Shown in pieces: positions 1 through 7,568 of a stretch of DNA of 64,000 nt. How positions within the stretch are numbered: the stretch's first letter is position 1; every line of letters starts with the position of its first letter. The translations under genes were made by a program, and so were the position numbers. The notes beneath the pieces were generated by a model. It did no database searches. It was not told the origin of the DNA and worked only from the letters and a program-made list of their open reading frames with translations. Source of the stretch: an uncultured beta proteobacterium (lineage in GTDB: Bacteria; Pseudomonadota; Gammaproteobacteria; Burkholderiales; Casimicrobiaceae). The stretch lies in the NCBI GenBank assembly GCA_963781285.1, contig CAWAFI010000025.1, positions 36,296-100,295 on the forward strand, in the 5' to 3' direction.

Positions 1-299
1 ACCAGGGGGCGACCGGCTGGAATGCGCCGCCGACCGCAGCGTGGCTCGCGAAGGCCCTGGACGAGGCGTCGCGCGCGTTCTACGACAAGCCGGCCGCCGC
101 GATGGGCGAGGGTGGCACCATCCCGTTCATGGCGATGCTGGGCAAGCATTTCCCTGACGCGCAGTTTCTGATCACCGGCGTGCTCGGTCCCAAGTCCAAC
201 GCGCACGGGCCCAACGAGTTCCTGCACATTCCCTATGCAAAGAAATTGACCGCGTGCGTGGCACACGTGTTGGCGGCGCACGGCGCGCGCACCGGGTGA
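1..299 (+). CDS. M20-family (ArgE/DapE/dipeptidase-like) peptidase, 3' fragment; the gene begins upstream of the window
   Basis: Frame 3 is open from base 3 to the TGA at 297-299. The tail ...GATGWNAPP...GEGGTIPFMAMLGKHFPDAQFLITGVLGPKSNAHGPNEFLHIPY resembles M20 dipeptidase C-termini (recalled similarity, not searched). Confidence 0.6.
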   Translation, partial: QGATGWNAPPTAAWLAKALDEASRAFYDKPAAAMGEGGTIPFMAMLGKHFPDAQFLITGVLGPKSNAHGPNEFLHIPYAKKLTACVAHVLAAHGARTG

Positions 300-324
300 A
301 TCGATCGGCCAACCCCGGCCGCAA

Positions 325-1734
325 TCAGGACAGCGCCAGTACCTGATGCCGCCCGCGTGCTAGCGTGCGGATCAGCAGGCGCGTAATGTCGGGATCGAAC
401 TCGGGTCGGGGTGGCGCTTCGATCAGACGGCCTAGCTCGCCTTCATCCGTCGCGGTACCGAGCCAGCACCAGTCGTGGATGACATGGAGGTCGGTGCGCT
501 CGCCGATCTCGGCGCGCTCGCGGATCGCGGCGAGGCCAGCGTACGGCCACGGCGGTACCGCGAATGGCGCCAGCGCCTCGGCGAGCCGCGCATGGTGCGC
601 GTGCACCGACTCTTCGCCGATGCAGGCGCCGGCGCACCGCCGCACCTGCCGCGCGAAACAGGGACCGATGCGTTTCTCGAGCCCCAGCATCTTCCAGCAT
701 AGCGCGTGCTCTGCGGCGAGGTGGCGCAGTGTCTCGCGCGCGGCCCGCTTCGACGTGAAGGGACCGTAGCGGCCCGCCAGTTCGCCGGCTTCGACGCCGG
801 CCGCGGGAACGTAGCGCGGCGGGCCAGGATCTTCCGTCAATTCGAGCACGCCCGCTTCGGCCTTGCGCCGCAGCGCATGGTTGTGCGTCGGAAGCATTGC
901 CTTGACGAGCGTGGATTCGCGCAGAAGCGCCCCGATCTCGCCTGCCGTCTCCTCGAATTCGATGCGGCGGATTTCCGTGGACAGCCGTGCGTCGGTCGGC
1001 GAACGGTAGTCGGACGAGAAATGCGCGCCGACGCGCTCGCGCAGGTTGCGGCTCTTGCCGATGTACAGCGGCAACGCGTTCAGGCCATAGAAGAGGTAGA
1101 CGCCCGGTGCTTCCGGCAGGACATCGAGCGCATCGGGCGCGAGTTGGGGCGGCAGGCTCGGCGTCTTCAAGACGCGCTTGGCCGCCGCCGCGATCGCGTC
1201 GGGCGCAAGTTCGCGGTAGAGCGTCTGCACGAACGCCCACAGCACGCGGGCGTCGCCGAGCGCGCGATGGCGGCCCTCGATCGGCAGCGCGTGCCGCACG
1301 ATCACGCTGTCGAGGTTGTGCCGTTCAGCGTCGGGAAAAAGCCGGCGCGAGAGCTTGACCGTGCACAGCGTCCGTGCGGTGAACGGCCGTCCCTCGCGCG
1401 CGAACGCGTGCTTGAGGAAGCCGTAATCGAAGCGCGCGTTGTGCGCGACGAACACGGCGCCCGCGGTCCGCGCCGCGACCTCGTCGGCGATCGCCCGAAA
1501 CGGCGGCGCATCGCGGACCATCGCGTCGGTGATGCCGGTCAGCGCCTGGATCGCCGGCGGGATCGGGACGCCCGGATTCACGAGCGTGCTCCACTCGGTG
1601 ACCGCCGGCGGTAGGAGGCCCGTCGGGTTGGCGTCGACGCGGACGATGGCGACCTCGGTGATCGCATCGGCCGCAGCGGCAGTCCCCGTCGTTTCGAGAT
1701 CGACGAAGGCGAGGGCGGGCGCGAACAGATTCAT
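325..1734 (-). CDS. Fusion protein: DnaQ-like DEDDh 3'-5' exonuclease domain plus GIY-YIG (UvrC N-terminal / Cho-like) nuclease domain
   Basis: Exo motifs FVDLETTG, VAHNARFDYGFL and HRALGDARVL. GIY-YIG motifs PGVYLFYG...LYIGKSRNLRERV...EIGALLRESTLVKAMLPTHN. Start set at MNLFAPALAFVDLETTG (ATG 1734); the longer ORF extension is Arg/Pro-rich junk. Confidence 0.85.
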   Translation of the reverse strand: MNLFAPALAFVDLETTGTAAAADAITEVAIVRVDANPTGLLPPAVTEWSTLVNPGVPIPPAIQALTGITDAMVRDAPPFRAIADEVAARTAGAVFVAHNARFDYGFLKHAFAREGRPFTARTLCTVKLSRRLFPDAERHNLDSVIVRHALPIEGRHRALGDARVLWAFVQTLYRELAPDAIAAAAKRVLKTPSLPPQLAPDALDVLPEAPGVYLFYGLNALPLYIGKSRNLRERVGAHFSSDYRSPTDARLSTEIRRIEFEETAGEIGALLRESTLVKAMLPTHNHALRRKAEAGVLELTEDPGPPRYVPAAGVEAGELAGRYGPFTSKRAARETLRHLAAEHALCWKMLGLEKRIGPCFARQVRRCAGACIGEESVHAHHARLAEALAPFAVPPWPYAGLAAIRERAEIGERTDLHVIHDWCWLGTATDEGELGRLIEAPPRPEFDPDITRLLIRTLARGRHQVLALS

Positions 1735-1794
1735 GTCCAGCGCAAGGTTCAGCGGGTGGCGCGACGGATCCGGCGGGGCGAACTCGGCAGGGGG

Positions 1795-1823
1795 TTGACT
1801 TCCGAACGCTCGTTCGCTATCGT
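1795..1823 (+). promoter_or_regulatory. Sigma70-type promoter candidate TTGACT-17 nt-TATCGT for the lexA-like gene
   Basis: TTGACT at 1795-1800 and TATCGT at 1818-1823 with an exact 17-nt spacer, 7 nt upstream of the ATG at 1830. Read directly from the sequence. Confidence 0.5.
1803..1816. promoter_or_regulatory. Palindromic operator candidate CGAACGCTCGTTCG (GAAC-N4-GTTC)
   Basis: Perfect 14-bp palindrome lying inside the -35/-10 spacer, in the 95-bp divergent region between the nuclease and the LexA-like gene. Confidence 0.55.
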
Positions 1824-1829
1824 AGCACC

Positions 1830-2405
1830 ATGTCGAACGATCGTTCTTATCTGTCGCTGCTGCAGGATTACTATGCACAGCACCGGGCGCTCCCATCCTA
1901 CGCGTCGATCGGCCATTTACTGGGGTTGAAGTCCAAATCGTCGGTGGCGGCCATGGTGGCACGGCTGAAGCTCGCCGGGTATCTCGACGCCACACCCGAC
2001 AAGCGCCTTGCGCCGACGCGCCGGTTCTTCGCGCGGCCGCTCGCCGAGTCGCCGGTGCACGCCGGCCTCCCCAATCCCGTGGAGGATGCGACGCCCGATG
2101 CGCTGACGATCGACGACTACCTGATCGAGCGCCCGTCGCAGACGGTGCTGATTCGCGTCAAGGGCGATTCGATGATGGACGCCGGCATACTCGACGGCGA
2201 CCTCGTCGTCGTCGAGAAGACGGCGGCGGCCAAGCGCGGCGACATCGTGATCGCCATCGTCGACGGACAGTTCACGCTGAAAACGCTCGACCTCGAGCGG
2301 GGCCGCTTCGTCCTCAAGCCCGAGAACAAAGCTTATCCCGTCATCCGTCCGGAAGGCGAGCTCGAGATCTTCGGCGTGATGGTCGGGCTCGTGCGCAAAG
2401 TGTAA
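1830..2405 (+). CDS. lexA: LexA-family repressor (winged-HTH N-domain plus S24 self-cleaving peptidase domain)
   Basis: N-terminal LSLLQDYY...PSYASIGHLLGLKSKSSVAAMVARLKLAGYLD aligns by eye with the LexA DNA-binding domain. Candidate Ala-Gly cleavage site in VHAGLP. Catalytic Ser in VKGDSMMDAGI and Lys in FTLKTL. Confidence 0.85.
   Translation: MSNDRSYLSLLQDYYAQHRALPSYASIGHLLGLKSKSSVAAMVARLKLAGYLDATPDKRLAPTRRFFARPLAESPVHAGLPNPVEDATPDALTIDDYLIERPSQTVLIRVKGDSMMDAGILDGDLVVVEKTAAAKRGDIVIAIVDGQFTLKTLDLERGRFVLKPENKAYPVIRPEGELEIFGVMVGLVRKV
1834..1846. promoter_or_regulatory. Second GAAC-N4-GTTC palindrome, CGAACGATCGTTC, starting 2 nt after the lexA-like start codon (codons 2-6)
   Basis: Near-identical to the 1803-1816 box, with centres about 31 bp apart. 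It lies in the first codons (ATG TCG AAC GAT CGT TCT). Confidence 0.45.
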
Positions 2406-2652
2406 ACGGCCGCGCTGGTCCGACGGGCAACGGATTCCAGTCAGCGTCACGCAGTATGATCGGCGAATTGCCCGCCGTCCGAAGCTCGCGATCGTGCTGT
2501 CCGGCGGCGGCGCCGCACTGCTCTCCTATCTGTTGTTCGCGCCGGGCTTCTGCAGGGCGGCGATCGATCCGGGCATTCGGGGCGCGCAGAGCAAACGCGC
2601 CGAGGTCGAGGCGCTCCTCGCGGATGAACGCTGACGCGGTGGCGCTGTCGAC

Positions 2653-4728
2653 CTAGACTCTTTCCACCTCGACCAGGCAGTCGTAGAATGTCGCGGCGCG
2701 TCCGAGATCGGTCAGCGCCTGGCTCGTCACCGCGTTGGCATTGGCGCGGTCGGGTGCGAGCTTCTTCCACCAGATCGACGGCGACACGACGATACCCGGC
2801 CGCGCGCGATCGGTGACGTGCGCGATGGCGGTGAAGCTGCCGCGATCGTTGACGATGCGCACGAGGTCGCCGCTCGCGATCCCGCGTCGTGTAGCATCCG
2901 CAGCATTGAGGTCGAGTTTCGGTGTCTTCTCCTCGGCGACGAATGCAGGCAGGTTCGCGAACGACGAGTTGAGGAAGTTGCGCGCGGGCGGCGACAGGAA
3001 CGCCAGCGGATAGCGCCGTGCGAGCGTCGGATTGGCGGCCGCGGATTCGCGTGGAGGAACGAACACCGGCAGTGGGTCGTGGCCCTGCGCCTCGAGCGTT
3101 GCGGAGAAGAATTCGCACTTGCCCGACGGCGTCGGGAAATTTCCGTGGGCGAAGGGCGCGTAGTCCACCGGCAGCGCCAGGCGCTGGAATCCGGTGCGCT
3201 TCATGGTGTCCCAGTCGATGCCGGATGCTCGCGGGTCGGAAGCCCGGAACGCCTGCCGCGCAAGATCGTCGTCCGTCTCGCGAAAGCACGGTTCGGCGAA
3301 CCCCAGGCGGGCGGCCAGCAGCCGAAACACTTCGGTGTTGGGCTTTGCTTCGCCCAATGGCGCGATGGCGGCGTTGTTCGCGAGCGCGTAGAGGTGCCCG
3401 TACGAGCTGTGGATGTCGGTCTGCTCGAGTTGTGTGGTCGCCGGCAGCAGGATGTCGGCGTAGTCGGCGGTATCGGTCTGGAAGATCTCGTGCACGACGC
3501 AGAAGAGATCGTCGCGCGCAAAGCCCGCGGCGACCTTCGACGACTCCGGCGCGACCGCGACCGGGTTCGAGTTGTAGACGTAGATCGCGCGGATCGGCGG
3601 GTCGCGGGCTTCGAGGAGCGCGTTGCCGATCGTGCTCATGTTGATCGTGCGCGGTGTTCCGCGCATAAGATCGGGCCGCTCGAGCGCTGCGGTGTCGACG
3701 GGATAGGTGCCCGACGACGACAGCAGCGCGCCGCCCGCGCGATCGCGCCACGCGCCGACGAGCGCGGGCAGGCACGCGACCGCGCGTACGGCGTTGCCTC
3801 CGCCCGCGTGCCGCTGCATCCCGTAGTTGAGGCGAATCGCCGCCGGCTTGATCGTGCCGTAGTCGCGCGCGAGGCTTTCGACCTGTGCGGCGGCAATCCC
3901 GCAGATCCCGGCCACGCGCTCCGGCGGAAATGCTGCCGCCCGCTCCTCGAGCCCCGCAAAGCCGACCGTGTACCGGTCGATGTAATCGCGATCGATCAGG
4001 TCCTCGCCGATCAGCACATGCATCAATCCGAGCGCCAGCGCGGCATCGGTTCCGGGCAGCAGCGCGATGTGCTCGTGGCATTTTTCGGCGGTGGCGGTGC
4101 GATACGGATCGATCGCGACGAGCTTCGCCCCGCGCCGCTTGGCTTCCTGCGCGCGAGTCCAGAAATGCAGGTTCGACACAATCGCGTTGCTGCCCCAGAT
4201 CAGGATCAGCCTGCTGTTCTCGAATTGCTCGACATCGGTGCCGACGGCCGCACCGACCGTCGCCACCCACCCGGCCTTGCCCGCAGTGGCGCATATCGTG
4301 CGGTCGAGCAGCGAGGCGCCCAGCCGGTGGAAAAAGCGCCGATCCATCGAGCCGTACTGCAAGAGGCCCATCGTGCCGGCGTACGAGTAGGGCACGATTG
4401 CCTGCGGTCCGTCGGGCGAATCGCCAATGGCCGTGAACCGCTCCGCGATCGTGTCGAGCGCCTCGTCCCACGAGATGCGCGCGAATTGGCCTTGCCCCTT
4501 TTCCCCGATTCGCTTCATCGGGTGCAGAACGCGTTGCTCCGAATACGTGCGCTCGAGATAGCGCGCGACTTTCGTGCACAGTGCGCCGCCGGTCGGCGGA
4601 TGATCGGGCGCGCCGCGAATCGCGATCGCGCGGCCGCTTTCGACCGTCACCAGCATCGCGCACGTATCGGGACAATCGTGCGGGCACGCGGCGCGGACGA
4701 CGGAGCGTTGTGGCGTTTCGATCGACAT
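2653..4728 (-). CDS. Molybdopterin (bis-MGD) oxidoreductase family protein, cytoplasmic type, substrate unknown
   Basis: N-terminal 4Fe-4S motif CPHDCPDTC...C. MopB-like body and a C-terminal beta-barrel-like tail (GDLVRIVNDRGSF). No twin-arginine signal. Start at MSIETPQRSVV (ATG 4728). Confidence 0.8.
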   Translation of the reverse strand: MSIETPQRSVVRAACPHDCPDTCAMLVTVESGRAIAIRGAPDHPPTGGALCTKVARYLERTYSEQRVLHPMKRIGEKGQGQFARISWDEALDTIAERFTAIGDSPDGPQAIVPYSYAGTMGLLQYGSMDRRFFHRLGASLLDRTICATAGKAGWVATVGAAVGTDVEQFENSRLILIWGSNAIVSNLHFWTRAQEAKRRGAKLVAIDPYRTATAEKCHEHIALLPGTDAALALGLMHVLIGEDLIDRDYIDRYTVGFAGLEERAAAFPPERVAGICGIAAAQVESLARDYGTIKPAAIRLNYGMQRHAGGGNAVRAVACLPALVGAWRDRAGGALLSSSGTYPVDTAALERPDLMRGTPRTINMSTIGNALLEARDPPIRAIYVYNSNPVAVAPESSKVAAGFARDDLFCVVHEIFQTDTADYADILLPATTQLEQTDIHSSYGHLYALANNAAIAPLGEAKPNTEVFRLLAARLGFAEPCFRETDDDLARQAFRASDPRASGIDWDTMKRTGFQRLALPVDYAPFAHGNFPTPSGKCEFFSATLEAQGHDPLPVFVPPRESAAANPTLARRYPLAFLSPPARNFLNSSFANLPAFVAEEKTPKLDLNAADATRRGIASGDLVRIVNDRGSFTAIAHVTDRARPGIVVSPSIWWKKLAPDRANANAVTSQALTDLGRAATFYDCLVEVERV

Positions 4729-4852
4729 GGAGTGGCGTGATCCCCGAGGCGCAGCCGGGCGGAGCCGGCGGCGGCTCCCGCCCGCGGCTGGCCTCAGAGC
4801 GCATTCTACGTCGGCGCGGCGAGGGATCTTCGCCTGCGCTATCCTCGCAAGC

Positions 4853-5710
4853 ATGACAACAACCCACGCGCACCCGCTTCGCGCCGTCGCGTTTCCGGAC
4901 GGCGGCGCCGTCCCCGCGCTTGGCCTCGGCACCTGGACGATGGGAGAGCGGCGCGCGCGGGCCGCGCGGGAAGCAGCCGCGCTTGCGCTCGGCCTCGACC
5001 TCGGAATGACGTTGATCGACACCGCCGAAATGTACGGCGACGGTGGCGCGGAAGAAGTGGTGGCACAGGCGATCGTCGGTCGACGTGAGAAAGTCTTTGT
5101 AGTCAGCAAGGTGTACCCGCACAACGCCAGCCGAAAATCCGCCATCTCTGCCTGCGAGCGCAGCCTGGCGCGCCTGCGCACCGATCGGCTCGACCTCTAC
5201 CTGCTTCACTGGCGCGGCAGAGTGCCACTCGCGGAAACCGTCGACGCGTTCGAGCGCCTGCGCTCCGCCGGCAAGATCGTCCGCTGGGGCGTATCAAATT
5301 TCGACACGGCCGACCTGCGCGAGCTCTTTGCATTTTCCGAAGGCCGGCATTGCGCCACGAACCAGGTGCTCTATCACCTGGGCGAGCGCGGGATCGAGTG
5401 GCAGCTCTTGCCGTGGATGCGCGAGCGGCGAATGCCGGTGATGGCCTATTCGCCGCTGGGGAAGGGCGCGCTCGTGCGCAACCGCAAGCTCGCCGCAATT
5501 GCCAAAGGCGCCGGTGTGGCGAGCGCGCAGGTCGCGCTTGCTTGGCTGTTGCGCTCGCGCGACGTGATCGCGATTCCCGAGTCCGCCGATACCGCACACG
5601 TGCGTGTCAATCGGGCCGCCGCCGATCTCGCATTGAGCGACACGACCGTGCATGCACTCGAAGACGCGTTTCCGCCACCATCCGGACCTGCGCCGCTCGC
5701 AATGCTGTGA
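4853..5710 (+). CDS. Aldo/keto reductase
   Basis: LGLGTWTMGE, IDTAEMYGDG, LDLYLLHW, VSNF and MAYSPLGKG are typical AKR motifs. Start at MTTTHAHPL (ATG 4853). Confidence 0.85.
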   Translation: MTTTHAHPLRAVAFPDGGAVPALGLGTWTMGERRARAAREAAALALGLDLGMTLIDTAEMYGDGGAEEVVAQAIVGRREKVFVVSKVYPHNASRKSAISACERSLARLRTDRLDLYLLHWRGRVPLAETVDAFERLRSAGKIVRWGVSNFDTADLRELFAFSEGRHCATNQVLYHLGERGIEWQLLPWMRERRMPVMAYSPLGKGALVRNRKLAAIAKGAGVASAQVALAWLLRSRDVIAIPESADTAHVRVNRAAADLALSDTTVHALEDAFPPPSGPAPLAML

Positions 5711-5846
5711 GATAGACAGAAGTCCCCCTGGCCCGAGCGGCGCATCCACTGTCGTATACACACGGTTGGATACGCATCGGTGCTTCTCGCACAAGGCTCG
5801 CAATAACAGCGCATTAGCCTGCGCAAGGCGCGTCATCACCTTCAGT

Positions 5847-5862
5847 TGGCACGGTTGGTGCT
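5847..5862 (+). promoter_or_regulatory. Sigma54 (RpoN) -24/-12 promoter candidate TGGCACGGTTGGTGCT
   Basis: Matches the consensus TGGCAC-N5-TTGCW at all but one position (GTGC instead of TTGC), with correct spacing. It lies 58 nt upstream of the ATG at 5920. Confidence 0.45.
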
Positions 5863-5919
5863 TTACGCTCGGTGACCCAGCGCGAAATGGCGCGGACGCA
5901 AACCGAGGAGACAGCCGTG

Positions 5920-6252
5920 ATGTATACGTACTACGACTATCTTGATCTGGCACCGGGCGCGAGCACAGCGCGAATCGATGCTGCGTACGCGCAAATCATC
6001 GAGCGTTTCGGATGCGGAACCACCGACGGGGGCCAGGACCTTTCCGGTCTCGTGCGGATGATCCACGCGGCCTACGAAGTGCTGTCGAATCCCGACGCGC
6101 GCCGTCGTTACGATGCCCAACTGGACCAGGAAGCGGCGATGGCCGACGCCGAACTCAAGGCGTCGCTCGACCAGCAGTCAAGCCGGCAACCGCGCCGAGT
6201 TCAGGACGTGCCGGTCCCGCTGCTCAACGTGCTGCGCGCACTCGCAGCCTAA
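5920..6252 (+). CDS. Small J-domain (DnaJ N-terminal domain) protein
   Basis: YYDYLDLAPGASTARIDAAYAQIIERF...AAYEVLSNPDARRRYD resembles a J-domain. A classical HPD tripeptide is not evident. GAGGAG lies 9 nt before the ATG at 5920; an alternative upstream start is at 5872/5887. Confidence 0.7.
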   Translation: MYTYYDYLDLAPGASTARIDAAYAQIIERFGCGTTDGGQDLSGLVRMIHAAYEVLSNPDARRRYDAQLDQEAAMADAELKASLDQQSSRQPRRVQDVPVPLLNVLRALAA

Positions 6253-6271
6253 TCCGCCCAGCGACAGGTTT

Positions 6272-6328
6272 GACGGTCGCCGGGATTTTCATACTGCAAA
6301 CAGCGATGCGGTCGGCGGCCGTCTTTTT
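6272..6328 (+). terminator. Candidate intrinsic terminator after the J-domain gene
   Basis: GACGGTCGCCG (6272-6282) pairs with CGGCGGCCGTC (6313-6323), with one G-U pair, and is followed by TTTTT (6324-6328). The loop is long (about 30 nt). Confidence 0.4.
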
Positions 6329-6670
6329 CTCGAAACGTCACGCGATGCGTGCGGACTCGGCCCGGTGTCGCACTGACGCGAAGTGGCGCCGTACGTCGCT
6401 CCCCGCTCCGCGTTCGACGCGGCGCGCAGCCGACACGACCGAGCGCAGGGCAGCACCGCCGGCCCGTACTCGTGCCGCACCGGCACACCGGCCGCGCTTG
6501 CGTCCGCGTCCGATGCTGCTCGTCCCACGCGGTTTCGTGCCGTTGCGCATTCATTGATCGCGCGCGATCGGGCGACGCAATATCCCGGGCAACAGGGGCG
6601 CGATGGATCGTGCCTCCGCACGCATGCACGATTCCGTGTTGTGCAACCCGCGAACTGGAGCTGCTCGCGC

Positions 6671-6686
6671 TGGCAAAGATCTTGCT
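6671..6686 (+). promoter_or_regulatory. Sigma54 (RpoN) -24/-12 promoter candidate TGGCAAAGATCTTGCT
   Basis: TGGCA-N6-TTGCT with canonical GG/GC spacing, 71 nt upstream of the GTG at 6757. Confidence 0.45.
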
Positions 6687-6756
6687 GTAGCTGTGAGCGA
6701 GGACCATCGACAACGCGCCGCACGACGGACGGAACGGCAAACGCGGAGGATTCGAC

Positions 6757-7161
6757 GTGGAAAAATGCATGAGCTGCCAGTACTACGACCGCAAGCACGC
6801 GAAGGCGACATCGGACGGCGCGCCCCAGTGGGGCCAATGCCGCCGGTCGGCGCCCATGCTGAATCCGGTGAACGCGAAGTCCTACATGATCGAAGGCATC
6901 TGGCCGACTGTTCGCGACGACGACTGGTGCGGCGAGTGGAAGCTCCTCGCGCGGCGCGTCGATTCCCGCGTTGCCGAAGCGCTCAACGCGCCGGTGATTG
7001 CAGCCCAATCGCTGCCCACCCCATCGCCGCGTGCCGGACCGCTGACGACAATAGCGCCCAACGTCGGCAACGGCGCCGCAGGCGGGAGTCGGGTGTTCGC
7101 AAGCATGGCGCCGGCAGCCGCACCCGCCGCGGCTGGCATGGCCCGACCGGGCAGCGACTGA
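6757..7161 (+). CDS. Hypothetical protein: Cys-containing N-terminal domain (about 60 aa) with a low-complexity Ala/Pro tail
   Basis: GGAGGA lies 6 nt before the GTG at 6757. The N-domain MSCQYYDRK...QWGQCRRSAPMLNP...IWPTVRDDDWCGEWK has protein-like composition with a CxxC plus 2 Cys. I cannot name the family. Confidence 0.6.
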   Translation: MEKCMSCQYYDRKHAKATSDGAPQWGQCRRSAPMLNPVNAKSYMIEGIWPTVRDDDWCGEWKLLARRVDSRVAEALNAPVIAAQSLPTPSPRAGPLTTIAPNVGNGAAGGSRVFASMAPAAAPAAAGMARPGSD

Positions 7162-7162
7162 T

Positions 7163-7450
7163 TCAGGCGCCGTCGACGGCGACCATGTTCATCCGGGCGG
7201 CGCCGGCGCGCTTCGTGCGCGCGGCGCTGTATTCCGGCGACGCATAGAAACGCCGGATTGCGTCGCCGTCGGGAAATTCGAGCACGACGATCCGGTGCGG
7301 CCGCCAATCGCCTTCCAGCACCGTGGTGACACCTCCCCGCGCGAGATAGCGGCCGCCGTAACGCTCGACGGCCGGCTTCGCGAGCGCCTTGTACTCCTCG
7401 TAACGCGCGGGATCGGTGACCTCGCAATCGACCAGGATGTAGGCGGGCAT
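7163..7450 (-). CDS. DUF1330 domain protein
   Basis: MPAYILVDCEVTDPARYEEYKALAKPAVERYGGRYLARGG...RIVVLEFPDGDAIRRFYASPEY is typical of the DUF1330 family. Confidence 0.8.
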   Translation of the reverse strand: MPAYILVDCEVTDPARYEEYKALAKPAVERYGGRYLARGGVTTVLEGDWRPHRIVVLEFPDGDAIRRFYASPEYSAARTKRAGAARMNMVAVDGA

Positions 7451-7568
7451 CTAGCGTCCTCCGTTTGAGTGCGCGGGTCACTGCGGCGGCTGTCCCGCAA
7501 GGCGAAAGCTGTTAGTCTTGCGATCTGCAGGGCCTTTTCGGCGCCAGGTTCCACTATCGTCGCGGTTC

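Noticed and set aside
1851-1866. An E. coli-type SOS box candidate, CTGTCGCTGCTGCAGG, just inside the lexA-like gene.
   Set aside because: The right half is CAGG, not ACAG, and it lies within the coding sequence. The GAAC-N4-GTTC palindromes are much better placed and are perfect.
325-1995. Long N-terminal extensions offered by the ORF track for many genes. Examples: 325-1995, 2653-5181, 23505-24803, 25377-26705, 28167-30257, 29429-31273, 36604-38355, 38537-40294, 17921-19381 and 59507-61012.
   Set aside because: The extensions are Arg/Pro-rich, overlap the upstream gene, and precede an internal start that aligns with the conserved N-terminus of the family. The shorter coordinates were used.
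4729-4852. A GC-rich imperfect hairpin (GGGCGGAGCC...GGCTCCCGCCC) upstream of the molybdopterin oxidoreductase, as a possible Moco riboswitch.
   Set aside because: I cannot match it to the Moco RNA motif consensus from memory. The 124-bp region is also the divergent promoter for the aldo/keto reductase. A covariance-model scan would be needed.
2447-5209. Very long ORFs antisense to, or frame-shifted against, real genes. Examples: 2447-5209 (920 aa), 2818-4740, 10321-12888 (855 aa), 14675-16504, 31385-33331, 33587-35353, 42365-44122, 44554-46494, 52184-54991 and 61166-63436.
   Set aside because: Their translations are Arg/Ala/Pro/Gly-rich low-complexity strings with no recognisable motifs. 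Each overlaps a gene with clear family signatures on the other strand or frame. Stop-poor shadow frames are expected in high-GC DNA.
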